Numbered from the whole stretch's first letter, positions 1 through 14,189 are shown. The stretch: DNA of 63,501 nucleotides, filler included, from Sluysia triapertura (GCA_046118255.1; 5 parts of 5 records of this genome joined end to end with filler, not necessarily neighbours in it), one strand, 5' to 3'. Program-made: numbers and translations. The notes: a model not told the origin generated them from the letters alone.

Positions 1-2423
1 AGATTAAATGTCGGAGTTTGTTGTGATGTGGATGGTTAAAGGTGTTAGTCGAATTGTTGATGTATGTGAGTTGATGAAATTTTACAAATGTCAAGTGTTA
101 TTTATGGTGAATGTTTTGAAAATTATATTTTGGTGAAGTTTAACTTATGAATATTGGGTGTGATGTTTAATAAATTTTAAGTTGTGAGTGTTGGCCACTA
201 CATTTACCACTTATATTAAATCCTATTTTAATTTAAGGTTTTTGGGGATTTATATAAATCAAATACAATAACTTATGAGGTGCATTATTCTTAATAAAGA
301 AGACTGAAAGTGTATATGTACAATCGTGTATTAAGTATTAGTAGAAATGATTATAATTTAAGATGATTTTATTGACCTTCAAAGGCTTTGAAAGATTTAC
401 AAAATATATTCAAGTTAAATTTAAACTACATTAAATACTTAAAAATACACAACTAAATTCTTATTTTTAATTCGATGTAAAGTTAAATTTTTTCTTGATG
501 GAATTGGGAATCTCTGATTTATCTTCGAATGACGAAACTGATAAAATTGATACCACGATGAACGACAGTTTTTTAAAATATTATTAAGTAATGTCTTTAA
601 AAGTATTACCTTTCTTTTCTATTTAACAATTTCAATAATTTTAAGTGTGATTATCGTTGAATCTTTACTGAAAAATTGTAATTTAATTTTAATTTTTGTT
701 TTTTGTGTGAGAGTATAAATGAGCTTACACGCTTAATTTATATTACTTTATCGAATACTTGGTTATTCATTTTTATTGGCCGATACATGTGCACTAATAA
801 TATTAATATGAGTACTACATACTTTTCCTATTGAGTAATTAAATTCAGGCTATTATTATTATTATGTTATTATTGTTATTACATTTATTAATATTATTTT
901 TATTAAATTAATGTTATATTTTTTATTAAAATATTTTTTATAAAATTTATTATAAAATCAAGGAGGGTCTAAATTGATTTTCATCATTCGTATAAATTTA
1001 ATTAAAAGTAAATATGAAATTTAATATTCTTATTATATATTTTATTATTAGTATTATTATTCTTTTATTTATAAATATTTATTTATTAACTTTATATTGC
1101 TTTAAATATTAAAATTATATTTTGAAACTATTATTATTAATATTAATATTATTTTTATTATTATTCAAGGCACTGAAACGGTTTACTAAAATGATTTAGT
1201 AGTACTTGATAATGTGATTTACTAATAGTATACATAACAAATTTCTAAAAATAGTTTATGCAATTATTATGATTAATGTCAACGATTAAAGATTAAAATA
1301 CACTTAAATTATAGTTGTAATTTCTTTGGTAATACTTTGTAGATTAATAAATTTTAACGATAAACAATTGTCTGTTAAAGATAATTTTGATAAAATATTC
1401 CTATAAAAGAATTTTTATCTTTATATTCATACCATAATTAAAGTAAATTGACGTTATTTATAGTTATTAAAATTGTATAAGTTTTCTGAATAAATATATT
1501 TGTATTTAGTTTTTAAAAATAAATATAATTACAATTAAATTTTGTTATTGAACATTGTTTAAAAAATTTAATCTAACTTCACCTAGCTAAATAAAAATTT
1601 TTAATACAAGAGATAAAACAATAACAAAGATTATTTATAATAACTTAAAATCATTTAAATCTAAGATCCTTATAAAATGCATCATTCGTAAAATTTAAAT
1701 ACAAAACTAACCTCGCTATAATAGCGGATTCTAAACGTAGAATAGCATCTTCTTGACCTTCAAATTTTGTTGTAACGTTTGAATTTTCATCTTTTCGATG
1801 ACACGAGTTGGCCCTTAACTATATAATACAAATATCGTAGGGGACTCACAAAATATATAATAATTATTACATTTAATTAAAACACAAAATTTTCATATCG
1901 TTATTTTTAAAATTATTATTACTAAAATGTTACTTTTAATCTTTAAAAGATTGTAATATGTTACAAAAATTTTCATACAAATTAAGGAGGGTCTAAATTG
2001 AGTTTCATAATTCGGTTTTACAAGTAACGAGTAAGAATTGAAAATGAGATCTATTTTTCTCTTAACTGAATTAATAATACCGAAGGAAATCCTATTTAAT
2101 CAATCTAATATAATTTACAAGGTGTTTATTTTTTATTGGGTTAATTATTTCTTGTTGGGTTTGGTTAAATATGAAGAACACAAGGGTTATAACTCAGAAT
2201 AAAAGTAAAATAAGTATTGTTAGGAATTCAGATAAAACATTAAGATGAATTGTGATAATAAAATAAGTGTATAAAATATTTAAATCAAAATAAAAAATGA
2301 AAGATACTAAGAAAGAACCCTTTATAAGGTCTTACTTGTTAAAATATTAAAGTACATTTGTTAATTAATTTAAGTAAAAATTATTTAATTTGATTATTAT
2401 TCTTAATTATTATTCTTAATGTT

Positions 2424-2545
2424 GAAATGTTACGAAGCTCGTCGACGTAAATAACGTAAAAAAATGTTATATTAATTCGTTTTTATAATCTAAAATTAAA
2501 TTTATATACGTTGTCATGTTTAAGTATAATTAAATCGACGTGCGA
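2424..2545. repeat. Dispersed repeat, second copy at about 50594-50680
   Basis: gaaatgttacgaagctcgtcgacgtaaataacgtaaa...gtttttataatctaaaattaaatttatat is shared with 50594-50676. Confidence 0.75.
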
Positions 2546-5500
2546 CGTACGGTTGACCTATAACATATTTCTGAAGAAAAGAAATTTGGTTTTTGTTTAT
2601 TTTAAGTTGACAAATTGTGTAAATAACATAAAATTACTTTAATAACGATGTTAAATTTTAATTTAGTTATATTCAAAAGATAAGAGAATTGTTTATCACA
2701 AATCCCATTATCTTTAGATAATGAAATTGGAAAGAGACGGAAACTACTAATGAAATTTAATTATTAAAATTAGTTGGCTTATAACTAACTAAGAAGAATT
2801 TAAAGTTTGTAAGTAATTATTTCCATTTTTCCAATTTTTAATCTCCGAAGAAATTATCCAACTGCTATATATAACAATAGTTTTTCATATATAAGAACAA
2901 AATAATTGAACTAAAGAGAAAACTTGGTATGCAAAACTTTATCTCCCTTAAGAATGCTGCCTCACACATTGGTGATAAACACAAGTTATTGAGGACTTAT
3001 CTTCAGCAAGTGATTAAACTTTAGAAACAGTCGTTTAAATGTTACGGTTAGTAACTTATGTTACTTTAATTTTATTATTGTTAATACGGAGTCAACATTT
3101 ATCGTATTGTGACACCCTGGATTTTTATAGATTTAGTATAACAGATAGTTATTTATATTTGTTGAATTTATATATTGAAAGTATATTATTATAAAAGACA
3201 ATTGAATTATATATTAAAGTATCGTTTTAAAAGAGTAATTAAGAGTATTGTTATAACTGAGAATATAATTATTGTCTTATTTTTAAGTAAAGACAACATG
3301 TTTATAACTTACAGTATAAGAATAAAGTAAGTATTATTGAGGAAATATGATAAAATAGTACTAATGGGGATGTAGGATTAAGTTATATTTCAACAAGGAT
3401 CTGAAAACTTGATTAACCCTTACGTTAAACATTTTCTTTAAGCAAACTAAATGTATTAATTCTAACTTGATTTCTTCGCATATCTTATTAAATTTACAAT
3501 TATTCTTAAACTGTACTATCGATGTATTTAAAGAGTTAACTTAATTTTTCTTAATCAATTAATTCTAAATTTTTCTAAATTTCGCTGTGATTATATCGAT
3601 TTCTTGTAATACTCGGTATATACAGTTTTATCTTTTTAAACTTTATTCTTCAAAAACAATACTGCGAATTAGATGCTTTATTAAATTATTATTTTGAATA
3701 ATTTTGATTACATCAACAACTTCAATTAATAATAAACTTAATTTTGATCAGATATCTTCTAAAAATTAAATATTCTTATACAATTTACTTTAACAATAAC
3801 TTAAAATTATTATTAAAATTTAATTTCAATTAATCTATATTCAAGGATTAATTTCATTCAAATAAATTTGTTATAATGATAAATTTTTTAAACTTTATTC
3901 AATTAATCAAACTTTTTCTTTAATAAGTCCTTAATTTCTTCTCAATAAAGACAATAAAGAAAATAAGACAAAGTTTTCTAAATGCAATAATAATGATATA
4001 AAACGTGCTAAATGAATAATAATTTGTTATTAGATAAAATTTCTAATATGTTAATCACTGATTTTAAAGACAAATTATCTCTAAACAAAATTAGAGATCT
4101 TTAAATGCTTTATGATTTTAAGTCGGATTTTATGTCTTAGGAAACCAAGACAGAACTTACGGAATTTCTTTAAACTATGTTGATAATAGTAAGAATAAAT
4201 CGAGTTCAAACACTTAGATAAGATTTCTGCAGTAAATTGTTTTATTTGGAATAAAAGACAATATAATACATTTATATTTTATTTTTAATTCCATACTAAT
4301 AATAATATAAAGATGGAAATATTTTTAAGTGAATAAATAATAAATTAAAAGTTAATAAATAATTTGTTATAAAAATTACTTTCAATTAGATCAAACACAT
4401 TATTATTGTCATAAGAAACTCGAAGATATCTTATTAAATATGTAGATTATTGTTAATTTTAGCCATGTTATCAATTAATTTTTTATTTAAAATTAAGTTT
4501 GTGCTTTAATTTTATATTTGATTTATGTTAATTATTTATGTTATTTTTTGTTTTTAATTTTACAATTTGAATCGAATTTTTTAACTTGTTCTACTTAATT
4601 GTTTTTGTGTATAAGATTTGTATCTGTAGCTGAAACTCATTATATTCATTTATGATGTAAAATTGTTCAAAAAGTGTTTTTGACGATTGGGTAATACATT
4701 TTCCATCTAATTATTGTAATATAAGTAGCAATAATATGCCAAGAGTTAGCACCAGCGGAGATTTTTCTAGGCAATTATTTACATGCTAAATATTTCGTTT
4801 CATGGAGTAAATTTTGATTTCTTGTCTTAATAAAATGTTTTAATACAAAAAGTCTTTGCATCGATGAATATTATTCTCTTCATCGATTTTCATTCTGGGG
4901 TTTTCTCTTAATATTATTTATTTTCGCCATATGTTGTTCATTATCGCCCACGCAACAAATTGTTAAAATTGTGGTGACCAACCTTTTTATTCAAAATTAA
5001 TAATCATCATTTTACATAAACTATCATATTCACTAACATTTTATATTCCTCAGATCTATTAAAACATCGCAAATTCACAAAGTCACAGCATCAAAACTAT
5101 ACTTACATTTAAAACCATTAATGTACATTTCAAATTTCATTCAAAACATTTGTAATTCACAATTTCACAACATTATAATCACAATTACATCTCAAATTAC
5201 CAAACACGCAATTCAAAATTAATCAAAATATTTCCAATTCACAATACTTCAACACTTACTCTTTTATTTTATTGAAAAACATTAAATTCAGACTTATCCA
5301 TTTTAAATATTTTATACCAATAAAACCTTAGCCAAGTTAAATTATTTAGTTACATGTAAGAAATAAGAAAATAAAAGAAAAGATCTTTTAAATAATGTCA
5401 GATTTATGTATTCTCTATATGTATGTGTTATTTTAATAAAATTATTTTATATATTAGTGTTATTATCCTTATTATTACTGTATTTTATTATTAATTTTAA

Positions 5501-5973
5501 TTTTTTAATTATTTATTATCATCATTTAATCGCTCTCATTATTAGCATATTCATTTCGTGTATTATCGTTGTTACTACCATTATTACACTAAAAGTAATG
5601 ACAGTGGATGATGTGTACAAATTGAAAAACTGTCATTACTGATAGCCATTTAATCAAATTTGGTGTTAGTGTGTCTTCAAATGCAACTACAGGCACGCAT
5701 ATATTAAAGTAGCTAACTTTATTGGATGCCCAATCAATATTATTAGTTTACATTGTTTTTGGTCATTTTATTGGACATCCAATAACACTCAATTTTCCAC
5801 ACAATAATAAATAAAACGGCAAATATAAAAATAGAACCAGAAAAAAAATAAACCAGACAAGAATAACAAAAATTAAAAGTTATTAAGAACCTTTATACGA
5901 TCTCAATCAATTTAATTAGTTTAAAAAATTTAGTTTAAGAAAGTTATCCTAATTCATAAAAATTTTTGATTTA

Positions 5974-7150
5974 ATGATGAGCATTGTTAATTTTGAAGAA
6001 ACGACTGTCAGCTGTCAAAAAAATACATTGAACGATAATTTTGAATGCAAAATACATTCAAGGAGAGTGAATGATGAATCTGATGAAGATTACGATTTCA
6101 ATATTAGAATCAGATACAATCCTGTTTAAATGGTCTAACTTTGATACTGATCACAGTTCAGAATCATAATGTTATGTAGAGATCTTTTAGAACTAGCTGA
6201 TGTTTATGTCATCTAACTTAGATGAAGTAGTAAAACAAAAAAATAATCTGATTAATCAATTAATTATATTAAATATTCATGTAAATAATGTTAAAAGTAT
6301 TGAAGTAAATGCAGTATTAAAGAATTAAGGGTTGCATGATCTAGGAAAAAATCAACCATATGAAGAATCAACCAAATCTATATGTCTTGTTAATGATCAA
6401 CTAAAATTATCATCATCTATGTATATCAAAGATAGTTGATTGAATTGGAATACCGATCAAGATTTCATGGAGTATTCATGAAGTTAATTTCGAATTTAGA
6501 TTTTTAGCGTCTGCTGCACCACATAAAAAATTATCAAGTCTAGTGAATAGTGACCTCTATGTCAAACAATTAATTAGATCATTAAGAAATACATATTGTA
6601 TGAATATGAAATCTAATTCACAAAATAGCTCTATAACAAACGTCATTGACATTTTTCTTCATAATATAGCTATAGACCAAGCTAAATATTCGGCTATGAT
6701 ATATAAAAGAATATTAAAATTTCACTTACACCGAGTCGCAACGTACAACAACAAACAGTTTAACTTATTCAATCCAGTCATATCGTCGAATAACAAAAAT
6801 AAAGATACAAATAATCCAACAAATGACAATTCGGATAAAACGTCATTTTTACAACGTTTGAGCCAATGTACTCACCATATAAATGAACTTGGAATATGAA
6901 TGAAGTTTGGGAAGGAGTGTAAATACTTTCACAACGTCAATGAAATATATCGCAACGGTACTGGAAACGACTATTTTAATCATCACGTCGAAAAAATAAA
7001 CAGAATAATTATGTCTTTGGAAAACAATAAAGTAAATTTAAATTTATGTTTCATATCGATAATTAACTTTGATTAATTTTATTACAGAAATTCGTACCAG
7101 GTTGCAGTGGTGGAATGTCCGAATATAAACTTAACGGCAAAACTGACTGA
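5974..7150 (+). pseudogene. Decayed gene ending in a CCCH-type zinc finger, with one retained short intron (7032-7087)
   Basis: ORF 6543-6899 continues past TGA in frame: CTHHINELGI*MKFGKECKYFH (C..C..C-x3-H pattern with the stop at the second Cys) ...SLENNK|gtaaat...ttacag|KFVPGCSGGMSEYKLNGKTD*. Upstream 5974-6540 is coding-like but broken. Confidence 0.55.
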
Positions 7151-9595
7151 AAATTTAACAATAAAGATAAAAAATTGCGAATTTCATAATTGTTGTAATA
7201 AATTTATATTTAGTCTGCATAAACGTGTTTTATTTTTTAAGAAAGTAAAAAAATCGAATTGTAAAATTTTTAATTATAAAAATAAATTTAATAGAATCTT
7301 CCTAACATTTGACCAGAAATTTGATTTCTTTAACTCAGTTTATTCTTACATATCAAAAACATCACTAAAAATAGTCTACAAATCACTGAAGCTATTGTTT
7401 ACAAATCAATAATCAATTATTTTCATTTATAAGTAAATAAAATTTGTTTAAATATTTAATTTATGATTTTAGTAAAATATATTAAATAAATTGAAATTGA
7501 TTAAACAAGAAGAGGTACAATAAGAAATAGCATTTATTTTTAGATTAATTTATTGAAGGCTGACGGATTATCTGACATCTGACTAAAATTGGTGAGTTTT
7601 AAGCTGTATGTAGTGTTCTTGCAATAATATCTTTATTTTGATAGTTGTGCTTATCAAATTAGTATGTACACAAGTAGAAAAACTTCATATTTTTCTTCCA
7701 TTTGTTTCTTAATTGTTTGAAATTTTCCCGCCACCAAAAATATGTTTTACTGAGGATAAATGAATATCAAGACAATGAATTTTATCATTTCTATTATAGG
7801 CAGATCGAACTTTGTTTTTAAAGTATGATAATCATTCAATGACAAATATGAGATGGTTAAAAATATGCGATAAATCAGTAATTCATATGCAGCTTTTATT
7901 CCTTAATGTGTTTTTAGCTACCTCTTCGAGTCTACTTCTGATACTCGAACTTCTTTTTAATTTAACATTTAACAGGTGGTGGATGAGGTGCTGAAGGTTA
8001 TTGTTATTTGGTAGTGTTAAGGTTATAAAGTGTTGTTTTTTGGCATAATGACTGCAAATAATTATTTTGTGATTAGTTTGCACTATGGGGCATATCCAAA
8101 TATTTTTTACAAATAAAATTTCCAATGAATGATTGTTGAAATAAATCTAATCAATCTAAAAACTCATAATCTTTTAGAATCTCAATTTCAATTAAGTGCG
8201 TTTAAAAAGTGCTATAATTCCTTGAACCTTAGAAGCACACATAATTTAGAACAATAAGAAAACCAATTAGAGATAAAGTGGCAATAATAAACACAACAAC
8301 GTAGCTATAAAAAAAGAGTGATGATAACAAAAACAGCAATAACACTTTAATTTTGTAAATTTAGATTATTATGGAAATATAAGTGTGTAAATAATACATT
8401 TATAATTTGTAAAACTTATTAATTTTGTATTTTTAATTGAATGTTAAATATTTTGTAAGAATATTGTACATAATAAAATCAAATACATTTTAAATGTAAA
8501 TATTAAAATTAAAATATTTTGTAAAGTATTAATTTAATTAAAATTAAATTAAAGAAAAATCATAATAAATAATCGCTTTAATAAAATAATTATTTAAATG
8601 GCTAATGGCTACCGAAAATTAACTATTTATAGAGTAAATTTTTCAATAAAAAACAATTAAAATTTTTAGTGATCACAGTTTTAGTTGCAAAGTTAAAGTA
8701 AATTTTATTTACGGTATTAATCGTGAGTATCGACTCCGAACATAGGCAGAGTATTCGACTATAAATTCAAAATTCAAGAAAATAATCTCAAGCGATTGAT
8801 TCTTATAAATTGATTAAGTTTGTATATGTTAAGTTGTACTCTCCATATACTCATACTAATAAAAATTTTCACGCCTGGCCTTAAGTTAGTCACAAAATCT
8901 CGTATTTGTTTAATGGAATAAAGCCTTAAAAACTTTATTCATAACATTCTATTATCATTATATTACTATAATTGTTCGATAACTTTGATTTTTTTATTAT
9001 TATGTGACAGCATCTTTAGTGGTTGTAACTATTTGATAAATTTGTTTGGTACATCAATTGTATAATAGCATTTTTTAATAAATAAACCTTTCCAGTGTTA
9101 CTTTATTTATTGACAGTTCATTTTGAAAAATTGGACATGTGTATTAGACCCTCAAATTAGATATTGCATATGTATAATATACGAATTATAACCAATTCGA
9201 TTTGCATTTATTTAGTTGTTCACTATTCTTGTAGGTACGTCTCCATAAGCCGTATACTATAAGCGATCCCATACGTTCATTCTATTTTGCTATTAAATTT
9301 ACTTAGAAAAAATAGCAACGTTTAAAAACATTTTATTAGTCTTTTGTTTGCTGCATGTAATTTTGTAAGTTTTTAGCTGTTATGTTAGAGTGGATTAAAT
9401 TCGGTTATTAATATCTTTATAATTGTTGCGTTTCGGAGCTGAGTTCAGCACATTTCCATTTTCAGCTAAATATCTTTTACATTAGCAAGAAAATTCTCAA
9501 ATAAATAAAAGAAAGACAAACCGAAAATATAGCTCTACAGATAAGACAAACCAATGAAAATAATGAAACTATACGTACAATTTATAGTTAGCTTA

Positions 9596-9980
9596 CTTAA
9601 CTCTTTTATCTTGAATTCTTAGAAAGGTCTGATGTAGAGAACGATTCATACTTTCTGAGAAAAGACGAGTCTATAGAATTTAAAAGAAAAGAACATGAAT
9701 GAAACTTTATAACCTCCTGGCGATACCAGTTTAATGATTACTAAGAACTCTATATCATCCTTGGCTGATATGCATCTATTGCACTTTAAAGTGTCGTATA
9801 CCAGCATGAATTGATCTCTCTTCTTGATCCGTAGCGTATTGCATGTCAAACATCTTGCACGTGACTCTTCATGCCAACAATCTAAAACAATCGGAGTCAT
9901 GTGGTAGACGATCCAATAACTGTATGATGATAGTGCTAATGTATTGAGTCCGTCGTTGCCGACTTGATCTTCATTTTGAA
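9596..9980 (-). pseudogene. Unidentified coding-like island (exon or gene remnant)
   Basis: Markedly more GC-rich than its flanks; one frame is open for more than 100 codons (DDAETVFQNEDQVG...MTPIVLDCWHEE...SPGGYK); possible short gtttca...ctatag intron. No family recognised. Confidence 0.35.
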
Positions 9981-11178
9981 ATACTGTCTCTGCGTCATCT
10001 TAAAATTCTTTACAGATAAAATTTCAAAGTTTTGATAAAATTTTAAAATTTTCTGCTAACATTTTAAAGTTTTAATAAATTCTATTTTTAGCATCAATGT
10101 TGAATTTTTGACCAGTTTATTTAATTTAAACTTTTCTTTTTGTTTATTTTACTTTAATTCATTAATAAAACATAAAAATATGGCATAAATACTATATATA
10201 ATTTGACATAATATAATACAGCATAATAAAACATAATAAAATGTGTGGAGCTATAAAGATGATGATAGGATGATTGTGGGATTATGTTTATTGTAAAGCT
10301 TGACTTAAAATTTAATTTTATTCGATAATTATGACTTTATTGGTTATGATCTTGTAACTATGGTTGAATGTAATAGTGAAAGTATGGGATTTGGTGTAAA
10401 TGAAACATGTTGTAATTCCTTTTTATGATAAAGTTTTCGTGTCTACGATTGTTAATATTGATATAATATTATCGTAGTATATTTGTCAATATATATTTGT
10501 CATTGATTAGTGTTGATTTCAAGAATATATATTATTCCTTAAGAAGTAAACGATTGTTCAAAAAATTATAATAAATTGTGGAAAATAGTATTAGAGAAAT
10601 TATTGTAACAAAGTAATAAAAGATTTTTTGAAATAATTAATTGAAGTATTTCGTATTATAAAAATCTTAATTATAAATTAACAGTTTGTAAGAATCTTAA
10701 GCAACAATTTAAGAAATAGAATTAAAGCAGATACTGACATTCATAGTAAGAAAATTCTTTTACAAAATCAATGATATATTTTGTATTAAGCTTAAATTGT
10801 AGATCGTAGATTTGGACTAATGTAAGGTTTAGTTGATTTATTGATATGAAAAATCTGAATATTTATATTATCAAAATTTATATTAAATTCGTAAACTTTG
10901 GTATAAAATCTTAATAATTCAAATTTGATTTCATTATATAATTCTAACTTTAAAATTATAACGTAAAAAGATATGAATATTGAAATGTATTTATTATAAT
11001 CAAACATAAAAATAGATAATTTAGGGATTATATAATTGTTAAAAAATATTGGCCGGATTGCTTACAAAGGAACGCGTCGTCAGTTTCGTAGATTGTAGAC
11101 TCCTAGAAATATACAAAAAATAAAAATTAAGTACTATTTGAATATCAAAAATTACAGTTACTTTAAATTTACTGTTAT

Positions 11179-12276
11179 TTAAGCATTTCCTAGATCGAAC
11201 ATGAATGACCACTTCTTTACGACTCTCCTTGTATATTGTATTGTTCCTATTACCAACACTGAGGATAGATTATATAACATTCTATATGTTGCACATGATC
11301 GTGAATTGGAAATGTGTTGGCGCAACATAATTAATTTGATCGTTAGTGTGGTAATACTTACATGAGGATCTGAATTTAATACATGTCCCGACTCATCGGA
11401 CTGGAATGGGCATTGTAATGATCTAAACGCGTTATGATTTTCTGCAATACTGATTGTATCGATGTAAGTTTCATCAATATGGCGGGGAATATTTGTTGAA
11501 GAATACATTATACCAATTTTACCAAATTCATTTATATTTTTATCAGTAAAATGGAACTCAATCTTTTCAAGCATGAATTTGTTTTCAATATTTTAACAAA
11601 AGTTGTATAAATAATTGTAAAGGTAATTTTATTGCCGACATTGCGTATATTCAGTTGTTTCATCATTAATAACTTTATCATTTTTTGTTGAATTTCCAAT
11701 TATAATTAAGATAGACTTGTCTTAATTATCAGCTAATAACATGGATTCATTATCTTCTTCCTCTGTGTAATTAACAGCTCGTCTTACTTCATCTTTACCT
11801 TTAATTAACGTACGATTATCATCATTACCTTGTTCATTTACTGAAATATGATCAATATTAACAAATCTTCTATCTATTACTGGTTGGTAAAAATATTTTA
11901 CACGTAAGTATCCCACTTGACTATCCGGAGAATAGTATTTAATTACAGATTATGTTATTATCTTAATGACTGAATGATTTGAACTAACGAGATTTTCATG
12001 AAAGAGAATTGTGCTTTCTTCTATTAGCTTTTATAAACTGATAGTAATCATTTTATTATTTATATATTTACTGTATTGATATAGCTTAATTTCTATGATA
12101 TCAAATGCATCTAATTTTCGTTCAATAGGCCATTCAATTTGTTCGTTGAATTCAATTCTATTAGGATCTCGCATTATTCTAGTAGAACTTTCAAAGTCAC
12201 GGAAATCAATTTTCATTAATCTATTACTTCTTCCCTTTAGGTTTTCCACACTCAGCAAATGAAATATTAATACCAT
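11179..12276 (-). pseudogene. OTOF: Otoferlin/ferlin N-terminal fragment (C2A domain, linker, trace of C2B) with in-frame stops and deletions
   Basis: MVLIFHLLSVENLKGRSNRLMKIDFR...EFNEQIEWPI...IIEIKLYQYSKYINNKMITISL*KLIEES...SVIKYYSPDSQVG aligns to otoferlin C2A ([26 protein letters not shown]...FDETFRWPV...[31 protein letters not shown]...VRYQATDGTVG). ORFs 12031-12276, 11722-11916 and 11179-11574 share one frame, broken by TAA codons. Confidence 0.85.
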
Positions 12277-12700
12277 ATTCGAAAAATTACTGTCAAAACA
12301 CTAAAAATTGAGATTTATAAATTTTTTGCTATAAAGTAACTTTTTTAACTAAATATATTTTTGTTGCCGTTGAATTTTTGTCACAAAAATGTTATTAATA
12401 GCATTACGAATAAAATTTCTTTTTTACTATCTTTTTAATTTTTTATTTAACTATGTTATGCTATCATTGTTGATTGGTCGTCCAATCCCAACAAGCAAAA
12501 TCACAGTGCAGAGTGTTGTGTCTTTTATTATTTTTTAACCTTCCCGCCTATTAAATTATAAAACAATAATTGAATAAACTCAAAACCTCTGTATATTTGA
12601 TATAATATCAACAGTATAATCAAATTATATAAATTATAATAATACGAATTGTCTTTATAAAAATGACGTTACAAATTATCCTTTATAAAAATGAACTACT

Positions 12701-12800
12701 NNNNNNNNNNNNNNNNNNNNNNNNNNNNNNNNNNNNNNNNNNNNTTAATTAATTAANNNNNNNNNNNNNNNNNNNNNNNNNNNNNNNNNNNNNNNNNNNN
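12701..12800. other. Artificial contig spacer (N44-TTAATTAATTAA-N44)
   Basis: Identical 100-nt structure four times; the 12-mer places stops in all six frames. Confidence 0.98.
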
Positions 12801-12859
12801 TCCATTAGTGACGTAAATCGTTTTCTGATCAGCCGGACTTATCTCCAGATAAACATTTT
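12801..12859 (+). CDS. Candidate upstream tolloid prodomain exon (3' part, cut by the spacer)
   Basis: Open frame from the contig start (SISDVNRFLISRTYLQINI) ends at a perfect gtaagt donor in phase 2, matching the phase needed at 15977. Weak resemblance to the tolloid prodomain DIAL..D.R.F region. Confidence 0.4.
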
Positions 12860-14189
12860 GTAAGTAGGTTCTATCTTTGTAGGAACACTTGCACTTTTAT
12901 TAATTAGAATAAATTATTCAGTTACTATACAGACAGACGCTTGATTGAATTTACTTATAAATTGGGTTTCTTATCATTACCATCTTCATAATTTGTGATT
13001 CTACGAGACATTTGATAAATTAATTTGATTATTTCGGATATTTTATCTTAAAACCTTCGTGTTATTAAAATATAATTTTACAATAGCAAGTATAAAATTT
13101 AAATTAAATTAAAATAAATAGTACATAAAATAAACAAAAAAAATAAAGTATTCATATATATAATAAAAATTTGATATTATTAATAATGTTTTGTTAAGCT
13201 TAAAGTCTTATTGATTTTCTTTCGAGAATTGAAAAATAAGATTCAAAAGTAATAAGTTACATGATCTTAGTCAGCATTTCCATCTTTAACAGTAGGCACG
13301 AGTATTAACTCATCCTCCAAGATAAATGTATGCTAAGTCATTAAGAAATATAAAAGAGGTTTTTTCATCAACAAAGTAAATAAAAATAAAATATTAAATT
13401 AAATATCAATTAAATTAAACACTTAGAAAATTTATGCGATCGAAATTCATGTTTATTTATAATTTAATTTTAATAATTAATATCATTTATTATGTTTATT
13501 TTTATTATTTTTCTAATTCATCATTTTTATTCTTCCTTCTAAGATGATCATAACTGTTATTTTACTTCATGCAATCATTATAGAGCAATATTTTTAATTG
13601 AATCATTTAATGATAAATAATTACATTTGATTTAAGTCTATTTATTAGATTTTAGTAAATTAAACATCTATTGTTCGATAATGTAATATTTTATGAATTC
13701 AGTAATCAGTTTAATATTCATAATTACATTTTTAAACTTCAAATTAATGTAATTTTTGTTTTAATTTTTATAGCACTATTTAAAAATCAAATAACTTAGA
13801 TTTACATTTTTAATCTTTCTAAGTCATAAATTACGATCTGCAAAATTATTTAATAAATACAAATAAGATGTTTATTTCGTTAACCTTTAGATTAATTTAG
13901 AAAATTGAAGATTCAATTTAAAAGTTAACAGGTTTATTAAATATTTTTGGCAATTCTGAGGATATTTTGATTTTGATTGACTGTGATCATTTATATCTGT
14001 CAATTTATAAGCTTGTAAGGTCTTATTATTTGTCTCTAAAACTTTACCTTGTTATATTTTGCTTTAACGACATTCATTTTAGTTTCCAAATTTTTTTATT
14101 ATCTCCAAGAAATATTCAGGGTTTTCCTAATGCAAGCATTTATAGATTATTGTCAAGATTTTTTCTATACAAAAACATACAATAACATA

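Noticed and set aside
9425-9460. Hammerhead-like CTGA...CGAAAC on the minus strand (also GAAACTGACGA near 11075-11090)
   Set aside because: The core CUGANGA is mismatched at 9.4 kb and the motif order and stems are wrong at 11.08 kb.
12745-12756. TTAATTAATTAA palindrome repeated four times in the window
   Set aside because: Always centred in exactly 44+44 Ns; an artificial six-frame-stop linker, not biology.
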